From assembly GCA_963740085.1 (NCBI GenBank), contig CAVUCU010000001.1, positions 1,376,001 through 1,440,000 of the forward strand: a DNA stretch of 64,000 bases, written 5' to 3'. Source of the DNA: Nitrospirota bacterium (lineage in GTDB: Bacteria > Nitrospirota > UBA9217). Below, piece after piece: positions 9,226 to 19,054 of the stretch. The notes beneath the pieces are model-generated. The model was not told the DNA's origin. It saw only the letters and a list, made by a program, of their open reading frames with translations, and did not search any database. How positions within the stretch are numbered: the first letter of the stretch is position 1; each line of letters starts with the position of its first letter. A program made the position numbers and the translations under genes.

Positions 9226-9477
9226 ATGATTGTGCTCGTGCTCCTGATAGCCGTGGTATCGGCAATGGTCGTTTTTTCGGCACAAAACGCGTTTCCCGTT
9301 ATGGTCTCTTTTCTGTCGTGGAAATTTGAGGCTTCACTCGCCGTTGTCATACTTCTCTGCGTGCTCACCGGCGTTCTGATCGGAGGAGCGTTGGTTTCTT
9401 ACTGGCAACTTAAGCGATCCATCAAAAATAGAAAGATCCGTGCGCAAGGACCGATGGAGAGCAAGCCGCAGCGATGA
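9226..9477 (+). CDS. LapA/DUF1049-family small membrane protein
   Basis: FSAQN...V.VSFL.W motif, two TM segments, basic tail; GAGGAGG SD before ATG 9226. Confidence 0.75.
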   Translation: MIVLVLLIAVVSAMVVFSAQNAFPVMVSFLSWKFEASLAVVILLCVLTGVLIGGALVSYWQLKRSIKNRKIRAQGPMESKPQR

Positions 9478-9516
9478 CACGCGGTATCCGCTGCGAACAC
9501 TTCACAGGGAGGCACC

Positions 9517-10560
9517 ATGGTTTTTTCGGGACAGCACATAGTAATACCTTTCGTCATCGTCCTGGCGTCAGCAGCGGTCCTGCTGATCTTCCGTGCAATA
9601 CTGTTTCGCATTCTCCGCCAGTGGGCGGCGCGGACTGAAACAAAATTCGATGATATCATCATCGCGTCGACCAAAAATCCTTCCCTGCTCCTTGCGGTGG
9701 CGATCGGCGTTCATCTCGGATTGTCCTTCTCGGAGATTCCCGAGAAGCATCTGGTCTATTTAAGCAGGATCATCCATATTATTATCATTCTGGCCGTGAC
9801 GCTCGCCTCAGCGAATATGGCGGGCCAGCTGTTTAAGAATTACATCAGGAAATCCAACCTCCCCATTCCCACGACCGGTCTTGCCTACGGAATCCTCAAA
9901 GGGGCAATTCTGGTGATCGGGCTTCTGATCTGTCTGAGCGTGCTGGGGGTATCGATCGCCCCCCTGCTCACGGCACTCGGCGTCGGCGGCCTCGCCGTGG
10001 CCCTGGCGCTCCAGGACACGCTGGCAAATCTTTTCGCCGGCATCCATATCCTGATGGAAAAGTCCATCCGGATCGGCGATTTCGTCAAACTCGAGACGGG
10101 ACAGGAAGGATACATTGATGATATCACCTGGAGGACCACGCGGGTCCGCATGCTGCCGAACAACGTCGTCGTTATCCCGAACAACAAGCTCGCTCAGAGC
10201 GTGGTCACGAACTACTACCTTCCGGAAAAGCGGATGTCGCTCCTGATATCGATCGGGGTGAGCTACTCCTCTGACCCGGAACAGGTGGAGCGGATCCTTG
10301 TCGACGTGGCCAAGAAAGGCGCCCTGGATATCCCGGGGCTCCTTGCGGAACCGGAACCGTTTGTGCGTTTCATTCCCGGCTTCGGTGACAGTTCACTGGA
10401 CTTTACCCTTATCTGCCAGGTCAAGGAATTTGTGGACCAGTACCTTGCCCAGCATGAGCTCAGAAAAAGGATCTTTAAGCGGTTCAACGAGGAAGGCATC
10501 GAGATCCCCTTCCCCCACCGTACCGTGTACCTGAGGGAGGAAAAGGAATGGAAAAAGTAG
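9517..10560 (+). CDS. mscS: Small-conductance mechanosensitive channel (MscS family)
   Basis: LGVGGLAVALALQDTLANLFAG, IRIGDFV, GFGDSSLDF and GIEIPFP. Confidence 0.92.
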   Translation: MVFSGQHIVIPFVIVLASAAVLLIFRAILFRILRQWAARTETKFDDIIIASTKNPSLLLAVAIGVHLGLSFSEIPEKHLVYLSRIIHIIIILAVTLASANMAGQLFKNYIRKSNLPIPTTGLAYGILKGAILVIGLLICLSVLGVSIAPLLTALGVGGLAVALALQDTLANLFAGIHILMEKSIRIGDFVKLETGQEGYIDDITWRTTRVRMLPNNVVVIPNNKLAQSVVTNYYLPEKRMSLLISIGVSYSSDPEQVERILVDVAKKGALDIPGLLAEPEPFVRFIPGFGDSSLDFTLICQVKEFVDQYLAQHELRKRIFKRFNEEGIEIPFPHRTVYLREEKEWKK

Positions 10561-11225
10561 GCGATATCTTCGAATTCCGCCAGAGCGTCAGCATTCTCAA
10601 ATCCACGGGTGCGAAGGCGGGGACCCTGCGTGAGCTTCAAGACAAAATATCAACGATCAGCGAAGAGTCGATCTACCACCATACGTACCAGTATTTTCGG
10701 AAGGGGCATGCGCGGGAATACACGAATGATTTTGCCCATTGGGCGGGAGAGAGCCTGGAAGAACGGGCCTTATCGGAGCGGTTATCGAACATCGATCCCT
10801 ATACCTATTCGGACATCGACAGCCTGCGCAAGGTGATCCTGACGGTGATCGACGACCATCTGGAGAAGTTTCCTGAGCCGCGGGAGGCGATGCAGAAGGA
10901 CGAATTCCATTTTACGCAGACGGTCACGCTTGTGTTCCCGGCAGGAACACGGGCAAGGAACCTGGCCGAATTTCTCATGGCGATCAAATACGTGGACAGC
11001 GGATGCATCTACTACCACTTCTACGAAGCGCGGAAACGGCTCGGTGCGACCGTGGATGATTTTACCGCCTGGCTGGAGGGCGCCCTTGACAAAAAGGTGC
11101 TGGCTGGCCGGATCCGCGCGATCGACCCGTTCATGCATTCGATCGAAGGGATCCGCGAGCACATTGCCACCCTGGTCGAAGAAGAGTTGAAGCAGGACAT
11201 GGAATTCGTGGGGATCGCTCGATGA
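10548..11225 (+). CDS. DUF5752-like (OrfY-like) TreT-associated protein with internal duplication
   Basis: Two homologous halves (SIYHH..NDFAHW..IDP and CIYYH..DDFTAW..IDP); overlaps treT by ATGA. Confidence 0.75.
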   Translation: MEKVGDIFEFRQSVSILKSTGAKAGTLRELQDKISTISEESIYHHTYQYFRKGHAREYTNDFAHWAGESLEERALSERLSNIDPYTYSDIDSLRKVILTVIDDHLEKFPEPREAMQKDEFHFTQTVTLVFPAGTRARNLAEFLMAIKYVDSGCIYYHFYEARKRLGATVDDFTAWLEGALDKKVLAGRIRAIDPFMHSIEGIREHIATLVEEELKQDMEFVGIAR

Positions 11226-12433
11226 TCGATCAATATAAAGGGATATCCCCGCGAGGGGACCTGGTCGCCCTCCGGAAACTCGGCGACCTTCTGCATGACC
11301 GACGCTTTCTTCACATCAACTCCACCAAGGAGGGAGGAGGGGTCGCCGAGATCCTGCACCGGATGATCCCCATACTCAAGGCACTCGGCATCAACGCGCA
11401 GTGGGAAGTGATCAAGGGCGATGCGAAGTTCTATGACATCACCAAGAAGATGCATAATTCTCTTCAGGGGAATGACGAGAACCTGACACGGGATATGTGG
11501 GAATACCACGGGGCGGTCAACAGGAAGAACGCGGCGATGCTTGACCTCGAGGCAGACGCCGTGCTGATCCATGATCCGCAGCCGGCGCCCCTTATCGCGT
11601 ACCGGAAGTCGGGCATCTGGATCTGGCGCTGTCATATCGACGTGTCTGCCCCGCAACAGGATACCTGGAACGCGCTGAAGCGTTCCTGCACGAAATATGA
11701 CGCGGCCATATTCTCCGTTTCCAAATTTGCGAAATCCATGCCGGTCGAGGAGTTCATCATCCCCCCCTCTATCGACCCGATAAGCGAGAAGAACCGGGAG
11801 CTTTCACCTGAGGAGGTCAAGGAGACGGCGGACCGGTTCGGGATCCCGCTGGACCGGCCGATCATCCTTCAGGTATCGCGGTTTGACCGGTTCAAGGACC
11901 CCATCGGCGTGATCCAGGCGTACCGGATGGCAAAAAAATACAACGACTGCATCCTGGTCCTCGCGGGCAGTCCGGCAACGGACGACCCGGAAGGAGAAGC
12001 AGTATTGGCGGAAGTGAAGGATTACGCGGCAAATGACGAGGACATCCGTATCCTGATGCTGCCGCCTTTCAGCGATCGGGACATCAATGCCCTGCAGCGG
12101 ATGGCGGCCGTGGTGCTCCAGAAGTCCCTCAAGGAAGGTTTCGGCCTCACGGTCGCGGAGGCCATGTGGAAAGGAAAACCGGTGCTGGGGGGCGCCAATG
12201 GCGGGATCCCGCTCCAAATCTCGCACGGCATTACCGGTTTTCTCGTCCATTCTGTGGAAGGCGCCGCGTTCAGGATCCGGCAGCTGCTGAACAATCCCGA
12301 GATGTCGAAACGCATGGGAGAACAGGCGAAAGAACATGTCCGCCGCAATTTTCTGATCACGAGACAGGCACGGGACTATCTGACCGTGTGGTATTCGCTG
12401 TTGAATAAAGGAAGGAGCGTGCTTGAACTATGA
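11222..12433 (+). CDS. treT: Trehalose glycosyltransferring synthase TreT (GT4)
   Basis: HINSTKEGGGVAEIL, IHDPQP, WRCHID, QVSRFDRFKDP and QKSLKEGFGLTVAEAMWK. Confidence 0.85.
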   Translation: MIDQYKGISPRGDLVALRKLGDLLHDRRFLHINSTKEGGGVAEILHRMIPILKALGINAQWEVIKGDAKFYDITKKMHNSLQGNDENLTRDMWEYHGAVNRKNAAMLDLEADAVLIHDPQPAPLIAYRKSGIWIWRCHIDVSAPQQDTWNALKRSCTKYDAAIFSVSKFAKSMPVEEFIIPPSIDPISEKNRELSPEEVKETADRFGIPLDRPIILQVSRFDRFKDPIGVIQAYRMAKKYNDCILVLAGSPATDDPEGEAVLAEVKDYAANDEDIRILMLPPFSDRDINALQRMAAVVLQKSLKEGFGLTVAEAMWKGKPVLGGANGGIPLQISHGITGFLVHSVEGAAFRIRQLLNNPEMSKRMGEQAKEHVRRNFLITRQARDYLTVWYSLLNKGRSVLEL

Positions 12434-14703
12434 CGCCGGACGAACGGTCGCACACCATCCAGAATACTTTCTCCGGGGACAGGCTCATCATCGTCTCGAA
12501 CCGGGAGCCCTATGTGCACAAACGGTCAGGCCTGCGGGTAAGCCTGGAAATGCCTGTCGGAGGACTCACCTCCGCCCTGGACGATGTACTAAAGACCACT
12601 CACGGAACATGGGTCGCATGGGGCAGCGGCAACGCCGATCGGGACAATGTCGACATGCACAGCCGCCTGCAGGTCCCTCCCGACGACCCCGGCTATACCT
12701 TGAAGCGTGTATGGCTCAAACCGCAGGACGTGGACAATTATTATCACGGCTACGCGAACCAGGTACTCTGGCCGCTTTGCCATATCACCCTCGATCGCGT
12801 GACCTATCGGAAGAACTTCTGGTTTTATTACGAACGGGTGAACTCGGCCTTTGCCGAAGCAGTGCTGGAAGAGGCCGACGAACGGTCCATCGTCTGGGTT
12901 CACGATTATCATCTCTGTCTCGTACCGCGCCTGCTGCGCGAGCGACAGCCGGGGCTTACGCTGGTGCACTTCTGGCACATCCCCTGGCCGGACTGGAGCG
13001 TGTTCCGTATCTGTCCCCAGTCCCGCGAGATACTGGAAGGGCTTCTGGCGAACGACCTCATCGGATTCCAGATTCCTCTGTTCGTAAAGACTTTCATGGA
13101 CTGCGTGAGGGAATGCCTGGATGCCGACATCGATTTCCAGCGCCGGACCGTAACCTACCGGGAGCATACGACACGCCTTGAAGCGTTCCCCATCAGTGTG
13201 GACTACGGCAAGTTCAACGCGCTCGCTTCATCGATACACGCGGCGAGGGCCATCGAGAATATCCGGCAGGAGCATGGTCTCCAGGGTCTCCTCGTCGGCA
13301 TCGGCGTGGACCGCCTTGAATATACCAAGGCGCTCATTAAGCGTCTGCAGGCTATCGAGATATTCTTCGAGCGCTATGCCTCGTTTCGGCGGAAATTCAC
13401 GTTTATCCAGATCGCCGTACCCACCCGCATGCGCGAGCCGTATCTGAGCTATAGCAAGGCTGTTGAGGGCATGATCGAGCGGATCAACAAACGCTTCGGC
13501 CAGGGTGTTTGGCAACCGATCATTTACATAACGACAAAGATCGACCACAAGGACCTTGCCGTATATTACCGGTTGGCCGACCTTGCCGTCATCAGCTCGG
13601 TGTATGACGGCATGAATCTCGTGGCAAAGGAGTATGTAGCGTCCCAGGCCGACGGTCAGGGTGTGCTTCTGCTGAGCGAATTCACCGGTGCTGCCGAGGA
13701 ACTGGAAGGAAGCCTTCTGGTCAATCCTTACAATGTGGAGGAGTTCTCGGACAGCATCAAACAGGCTCTGACCATGCATGCCGATGAAAAGCGCGCACGC
13801 ATGATGTCGCTTCGCCGACAGGTGAGCGAACATGATATTAACGCTTGGACCAAAGACGTGATCGGCGCAGCCCGTGTGATCCATGAGTTGAAACAAAGGG
13901 AGTGTCGTCCGTGGATCGAGAGTATGGACGAGATGCAGTCACGTCTGGGCAGTCGTGAGGTCTTTCTCTTCCTTGACTTCGACGGCACCCTTGCACCCAT
14001 CGCTGATTCGCCGGACCGGGCCGTGCTTCCCGCGCCCCTGCGGACTTCCCTGGAGCGCCTTCCGCGCATAGCGCGGCTCGCCGTCGTGAGCGGCCGCGCC
14101 CTTGGCGACCTCAGATCACGGGTGGGCATCGATGGACTTGTCTATGCCGGGAACCATGGGTCCGAGATCTGGATCGACGGCGACGTTTTGCGTGCAGACG
14201 GCGTTGATAAGACTACACAGACCCTGCGGACCTTCCTCGACAGGCTGCGGACAGGGCTCTCCAAGGTCTCCGGGGTGCTTATCGAGGACAAAGGAATCAC
14301 CGCGAGCATCCACTTTCGGCAGGTCGACCCATCCCAGGCGGGAGATGTGCTCCGGATTTTCTGGGACATTGCCCGCGATTATGAGAAGGCGTTCCGGATA
14401 ACGACCGGGAAAAAAGTGCTGGAGATCAGACCGCAGGCCGCGTGGAACAAGGGACATGCCGTGGCGCGGATCATGGAGTTGAAGGGGCGCGGCATGCTCC
14501 CGCTCTATGTGGGCGACGACACCACGGACGAGGACGCCTACCGCGCCATCAAGGGAAGCGGCATATCCGTCTCGATCGGCGCGAATGCCGGGTCGGACTA
14601 CTGTCTCAGCGACCAGGAGGAGGTCGGCGACTTTCTGGATTGGATCGCCGATGTCTTGTCCCGTCGTCACAACCTGGACCATGACCGTACCGGCCTGTCC
14701 TAG
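12430..14703 (+). CDS. otsAB: Bifunctional trehalose-6-phosphate synthase/phosphatase (OtsA-OtsB fusion)
   Basis: GT20 motifs VSNREP, WVHDYHL, FWHIPWP, GVDRLEYTK and DGMNLVAKEY; HAD motifs FLDFDGTL and GDDTTDED. Confidence 0.93.
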   Translation: MTPDERSHTIQNTFSGDRLIIVSNREPYVHKRSGLRVSLEMPVGGLTSALDDVLKTTHGTWVAWGSGNADRDNVDMHSRLQVPPDDPGYTLKRVWLKPQDVDNYYHGYANQVLWPLCHITLDRVTYRKNFWFYYERVNSAFAEAVLEEADERSIVWVHDYHLCLVPRLLRERQPGLTLVHFWHIPWPDWSVFRICPQSREILEGLLANDLIGFQIPLFVKTFMDCVRECLDADIDFQRRTVTYREHTTRLEAFPISVDYGKFNALASSIHAARAIENIRQEHGLQGLLVGIGVDRLEYTKALIKRLQAIEIFFERYASFRRKFTFIQIAVPTRMREPYLSYSKAVEGMIERINKRFGQGVWQPIIYITTKIDHKDLAVYYRLADLAVISSVYDGMNLVAKEYVASQADGQGVLLLSEFTGAAEELEGSLLVNPYNVEEFSDSIKQALTMHADEKRARMMSLRRQVSEHDINAWTKDVIGAARVIHELKQRECRPWIESMDEMQSRLGSREVFLFLDFDGTLAPIADSPDRAVLPAPLRTSLERLPRIARLAVVSGRALGDLRSRVGIDGLVYAGNHGSEIWIDGDVLRADGVDKTTQTLRTFLDRLRTGLSKVSGVLIEDKGITASIHFRQVDPSQAGDVLRIFWDIARDYEKAFRITTGKKVLEIRPQAAWNKGHAVARIMELKGRGMLPLYVGDDTTDEDAYRAIKGSGISVSIGANAGSDYCLSDQEEVGDFLDWIADVLSRRHNLDHDRTGLS

Positions 14704-14770
14704 CCGGAAGTCGGATATAGCGGTTCCTGAAAACGCCGTGGATCAGCGGTGAAGGAGCACGGAGTGAACT

Positions 14771-16078
14771 ATGAACAGGATTGTCGGAGAGGGTCGGTCC
14801 CCCACACCAGGAACAACCCTGGTGCTCCTCCTATTCGCGGTACTGTATGCCCTCGGCTTGAGCGGTTGCAGGAGCCCCGAACAGCGCGCCAATGGCTCGG
14901 TCATTGTTTTCAAACATGGCAAGATCGCGGGCGACCCGAGACCTTTTCGGGACCTGCTCGACCGGTTTGAGCGGGAGAACCCCGGCATCGTGGTAAGGGA
15001 CGAGACGCTCCCCGCGTCCACCGACGAACAGCACCAGTTCTACGCGATCAACCTCGATTCCCGGAGCAATGATTTCGATGTCCTCTCCATGGATGTCATC
15101 TGGGTCCCCGAGTTCGCACGGGCCGGCTGGCTCCGGGACATGACGGGCCTCCTGGCTGAAGGTGAACAGAGCGCGTTCTTTCCCGGGCCGATCCAGGCCG
15201 ATACGTATGAGGGCAGGCTCTTTGCCGTTCCCTGGTATATCGACGCAGGGCTTCTGTATTACCGCAGGGACCTCCTGAAGAAGTATAACCGTCCTGTTCC
15301 GAAGACATGGAAGGAGCTGGTCAGGACGGCCCGGGAAATCACCGGGAAAGAGAAGGGCCTTTACGGCTTCATCTGGCAGGGAAAACAATACGAGGGGCTG
15401 GTATGCAATGTCCTCGAGTACTTCTGGGGCAACGGCGGGGACGTGCTGAGCAACGGAACACCCGTCATCGACAGCCGGGAGAATATCGAGGCGCTCACGT
15501 TCATGAAGGATCTGATCGTTACGTATAAGATCACGCCGCCGCTCGTTACAACTGCAATCGAGGAGCCGACGCGTCATCTTTTCGGCAGCGGCAAGGCCCT
15601 TTTTATGCGCAACTGGCCATATGCCTGGAACATCTTCAACCGGCCGGGATCGGCGGTGAAGGGCTCGGTGGGCGTCGCGGTCTTACCGGCCTTTGCCGGC
15701 CACAAATCCGCTTCCACCCTCGGGGGCTGGCAGCTCGGTGTGAACCGGTATTCACAACACGCGGAAGAAGCAGAGAAGCTGGTCCGGTTCCTGACATCGA
15801 CCGCCGCCCAAAAGACCCTGGCGCTCACGGTCGGCTACAAACCGACGCGCAAGGCGCTGTACAAGGACCCGGACCTCCTGCGCGAACAGCCTTTTGTCGG
15901 CTCGCTCTACGGCATCTTCATGAACGCCCGGCCGAGGCCGGCAACGCCTTATTATATGATGATCACCCAGGTCATGCAGCCGGAGTTCAGCGCGGCGCTG
16001 TCCGGCGTGAAGACGCCGCAAGCGGCGCTTGATTCCGCCCAGAAGCAGATCGAGCATATACTGGGAGTTCAGCGATGA
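14771..16078 (+). CDS. Sugar ABC transporter substrate-binding lipoprotein (trehalose/maltose type)
   Basis: Lipobox LSGC; DVIWVPEFA, GLLYYRRDLL, QGKQYEGL, FMRNWPYAW and LGGWQL. Confidence 0.88.
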   Translation: MNRIVGEGRSPTPGTTLVLLLFAVLYALGLSGCRSPEQRANGSVIVFKHGKIAGDPRPFRDLLDRFERENPGIVVRDETLPASTDEQHQFYAINLDSRSNDFDVLSMDVIWVPEFARAGWLRDMTGLLAEGEQSAFFPGPIQADTYEGRLFAVPWYIDAGLLYYRRDLLKKYNRPVPKTWKELVRTAREITGKEKGLYGFIWQGKQYEGLVCNVLEYFWGNGGDVLSNGTPVIDSRENIEALTFMKDLIVTYKITPPLVTTAIEEPTRHLFGSGKALFMRNWPYAWNIFNRPGSAVKGSVGVAVLPAFAGHKSASTLGGWQLGVNRYSQHAEEAEKLVRFLTSTAAQKTLALTVGYKPTRKALYKDPDLLREQPFVGSLYGIFMNARPRPATPYYMMITQVMQPEFSAALSGVKTPQAALDSAQKQIEHILGVQR

Positions 16079-16926
16079 GCACGAGGGAAAAGGGAAACCG
16101 GTTCGTCATGCCGACCGTCGTCCTGCTTTCGCTTATCACGGTCTACCCGGTCATCTCGGTCCTGTATTTGAGCCTGCGCCGGAGGATGCTGATCTTTGAC
16201 ATATCTCAATTCGTGGGACTCGACAACTATCTGTTCCTGATGAAGGACAGCCGGTTCTGGAACGCCTTCTGGAATACCACGTACTTCACCGGGGTTTCCG
16301 TCACGCTGGAATTGCTCCTCGGTCTCTCCATCGCCCTCTTGCTCAACAGGACGTTCCGGTTCAAGGGCGTTGTGACCGCGATGGTCCTCGTTCCCTGGGC
16401 GGTCCCCACCGTCGTGTCCGCGCGGATGTGGGAATGGATGTATAACACGGACTTCGGCATTCTGAATTATCTGGCGGGAGTGAAGATCAACTGGCTCGGC
16501 AGTCCTTTCTGGGCCATGAACGCCGCGGTGCTCATGGACATCTGGAAAACGACTCCCTTCGTGGTCATCCTGCTCCTGGCCGGACTTAACATCATCCCTC
16601 GCGAGTTGTATCAGGCCGCACGCATCGACGGAGCGGGCGGCTGGTCGATCTTCAGGAGGATCACCCTGCCGCTGCTCATGCCCGTGATTCTCGTTGTCCT
16701 CCTCTTCAGGACCATGGACGCCTTCCGGGTCTTTGACGCCGTGTACGTGCTGACCGGCGGAGGACCGGCAAACAGCACGGAAACGCTTTCCATCTATGCC
16801 TACAAGGTCCTGTTCCAGACGCTTCAGTTCGGCTACGGCTCCACGCTCTCGATCGTCGTCTTCCTCTGTGTCAGCGCCATCAGCGTCCTGTACGTTCGTT
16901 TTTTGCAGGAAGAGGTGAGGCCATGA
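16075..16926 (+). CDS. Sugar ABC transporter permease (MalF-like)
   Basis: FVGLDNY, PWAVPTVV and EAA loop ELYQAARIDGA. Confidence 0.9.
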   Translation: MSTREKGNRFVMPTVVLLSLITVYPVISVLYLSLRRRMLIFDISQFVGLDNYLFLMKDSRFWNAFWNTTYFTGVSVTLELLLGLSIALLLNRTFRFKGVVTAMVLVPWAVPTVVSARMWEWMYNTDFGILNYLAGVKINWLGSPFWAMNAAVLMDIWKTTPFVVILLLAGLNIIPRELYQAARIDGAGGWSIFRRITLPLLMPVILVVLLFRTMDAFRVFDAVYVLTGGGPANSTETLSIYAYKVLFQTLQFGYGSTLSIVVFLCVSAISVLYVRFLQEEVRP

Positions 16927-17735
16927 AACGCGCATGGTTCACGCTGACGCTGATCGCCGTGGTGCTCTGGTGCCTGGGTCCGTTCCTCTGGCAGGTCCTG
17001 ACGAGTCTGAAGCCCGATGCCGAGCTCACGCGTGTGCCGCCGCTGCTGCCCGTATCGCCGACAATCGCTCACTACCTCGCGGTCTTTACAAGCACTTCGT
17101 TCCCGAGGATCGTTGCGAACAGCGCGATCGTGGCCTTCTGCAGCACGGCGTTGTCGATCGCGATCGGTTCGCTGGCGGCCTATGGTCTGGCGAAGCTGAA
17201 CGTGCGCTATAAAGGGTTTATTCTGCTTTTTGTCCTGTCGGCGTCAATGTTCCCTCCCATCGCGACCGTGAGCCCGCTGTACCTCTTCATCCGGACACTG
17301 GGGCTCCGGGACACCTGGTGGGCGCTGATCCTGACCTACACCACGTTCACCCTTCCGCTTGCTGTCTGGATCATGACCAACTTTTTTCGGCAGATCCCTG
17401 ATGAGATCTATCTGGCGTCGCGCGTCGATGGCTGCACGCCCTTCCAGTCCTTCATCAGGGTCATGCTGCCCCTTGCCGCGCCGGGGATCATTACGGCGGC
17501 GATCCTGGTGTTCATTTTCTCCTGGAACGAGTTTCTCTTTGCGCTCACCTTTACGGCAACCTCCGCATCAAGGACCATCCCGGTCGCCATCGCGCTCTTC
17601 CCGGGTCTCCATGAAGTGCCGTGGGGAGACATTGCCGCGGCATCGGTCGTCGTCACCCTGCCGATCGTTGTACTGGTCTTCGTGTTCCAGCGGAGGATCG
17701 TCGAGGGGCTGACCGCCGGAGCCGTGAAGGGATGA
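16923..17735 (+). CDS. Sugar ABC transporter permease (MalG-like)
   Basis: EAA-like loop EIYLASRVDGC, FSWNEFLFA and GLTAGAVKG C-terminus. Confidence 0.9.
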   Translation: MKRAWFTLTLIAVVLWCLGPFLWQVLTSLKPDAELTRVPPLLPVSPTIAHYLAVFTSTSFPRIVANSAIVAFCSTALSIAIGSLAAYGLAKLNVRYKGFILLFVLSASMFPPIATVSPLYLFIRTLGLRDTWWALILTYTTFTLPLAVWIMTNFFRQIPDEIYLASRVDGCTPFQSFIRVMLPLAAPGIITAAILVFIFSWNEFLFALTFTATSASRTIPVAIALFPGLHEVPWGDIAAASVVVTLPIVVLVFVFQRRIVEGLTAGAVKG

Positions 17736-17780
17736 GGTCAAGTGCGGAATGAGAGGGCGCGGCGAGCAAGGCTGGTGTCC

Positions 17781-17857
17781 CCGCAGAGGCGCAGAGCGCG
17801 CAGAGAAAATCCTCATTATTTCTACATGCAGTTCTCCGTGTCTCCGCGTCTCCGCGG
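17781..17857. repeat. REP-like palindromic element built of 9-nt (CGCAGAG) units
   Basis: CCGCAGAGGCGCAGAGCGCGCAGAGAA ... TTCTCCGTGTCTCCGCGTCTCCGCGG arms around an AT-rich spacer; same design recurs at 44058-44153. Confidence 0.7.
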
Positions 17858-17923
17858 TAGATTATGACTTTGTTGACTTTGCACGGGTTTAACAACTGAG
17901 CAGGAGGAAGAGAACGAACCGCT

Positions 17924-18997
17924 ATGACGCAGATACGTCTTGAAAACGTAACGAAGAGCTTCGGCTCGACCACGGTCATCAAAGGCCTCGACCTGACGAT
18001 CAACGAGGGTGAGTTCTTCGCCTTTGTGGGGCCGAGCGGATGCGGCAAGTCCACGATCCTGAACATGATCGCGGGACTGGAGACGATATCCTCCGGCTCG
18101 ATCTTCTTTGATGACAGGCTGGTCAACCAATCGTCGCCAAAAGAGCGGGACGTGGCCATGGTCTTCCAGAGCTACGCGCTCTATCCTCATATGACGGTGT
18201 ACGAGAACATCGCGTTCCCGCTCAGGATGCAAAAGGCCGGGAGAGACCTGATCGACAGCGAGGTCCGGCGCATAGCCGGCTTTCTGGGCCTGGAGGACCT
18301 GCTTGGGAGAAAGCCAAAGGAGCTCTCCGGCGGTCAGCGGCAGCGCGTTGCGCTCGGGAGGGCGATCGTCCGGAAACCGAAGGTCTTTCTGATGGATGAA
18401 CCGCTCTCGAACCTTGATGCGCGCCTGAGGATCGAAATGCGGGCCGAACTGAAACGCCTCCACCAGGAGCTCGGCATCACGACCGTCTATGTGACCCATG
18501 ACCAGGGCGAGGCCATGGGACTCTCGGACAGGATCGCGGTATTGAACAAGGGCGAGGTTCAGCAGTGCGATACACCGCGGACCGTCTATCAGAAGCCCGT
18601 GAACAGCTTCGTGGGCGGGTTTATCGGTAGTCCGCCGATGAATTTTCTGCGCTGTGGCGTGAAACAGGGAAAACCCCTGATCGCGGACTGCAGCGGGGTC
18701 TTCTGGTCCCTGCCGGGAAACGTGCTCCCCGATACACCGGAGGTGCTTGTCGGGATCCGGCCCGAGGATATACTGGTTGAAAGTGTGAAACGGGACAACA
18801 GCATTGCCGTGATCGTTTCTGTGATCGAGCCTGCGGGCGCATTTAACTGGGTGAACGTCTCATGGAAAGGGATAAAGCTCACTGCCATGTCAAGACCCGA
18901 TGATGAGATCCGTCCGAGAACACAGGCATATCTGACGATTTCCCCGGATACGATGTCGGCATTCGACGCCACCTCAGGAGCCAGATTGAAGCCTTAA
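17924..18997 (+). CDS. Sugar ABC transporter ATP-binding subunit (MalK-like)
   Basis: GPSGCGKST, MVFQSYALYPH, LSGGQRQR, MDEPLSNLD and VTHDQ. Confidence 0.93.
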   Translation: MTQIRLENVTKSFGSTTVIKGLDLTINEGEFFAFVGPSGCGKSTILNMIAGLETISSGSIFFDDRLVNQSSPKERDVAMVFQSYALYPHMTVYENIAFPLRMQKAGRDLIDSEVRRIAGFLGLEDLLGRKPKELSGGQRQRVALGRAIVRKPKVFLMDEPLSNLDARLRIEMRAELKRLHQELGITTVYVTHDQGEAMGLSDRIAVLNKGEVQQCDTPRTVYQKPVNSFVGGFIGSPPMNFLRCGVKQGKPLIADCSGVFWSLPGNVLPDTPEVLVGIRPEDILVESVKRDNSIAVIVSVIEPAGAFNWVNVSWKGIKLTAMSRPDDEIRPRTQAYLTISPDTMSAFDATSGARLKP

Positions 18998-19054
18998 GCG
19001 GAGCCGGCCGGAACAAGATTTCCTTCGACCACCCGGAGACGGAGACAAGGGCGT

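Noticed and set aside
17781-17857. CRISPR-like repeats
   Set aside because: Units are 9-nt inverted arms without unique spacers, and no cas genes are present.
18998-19054. Na+/Li+ riboswitch before nhaA
   Set aside because: The gap is only 57 nt and I cannot match it to the nhaA-I/II or DUF1646 consensus.
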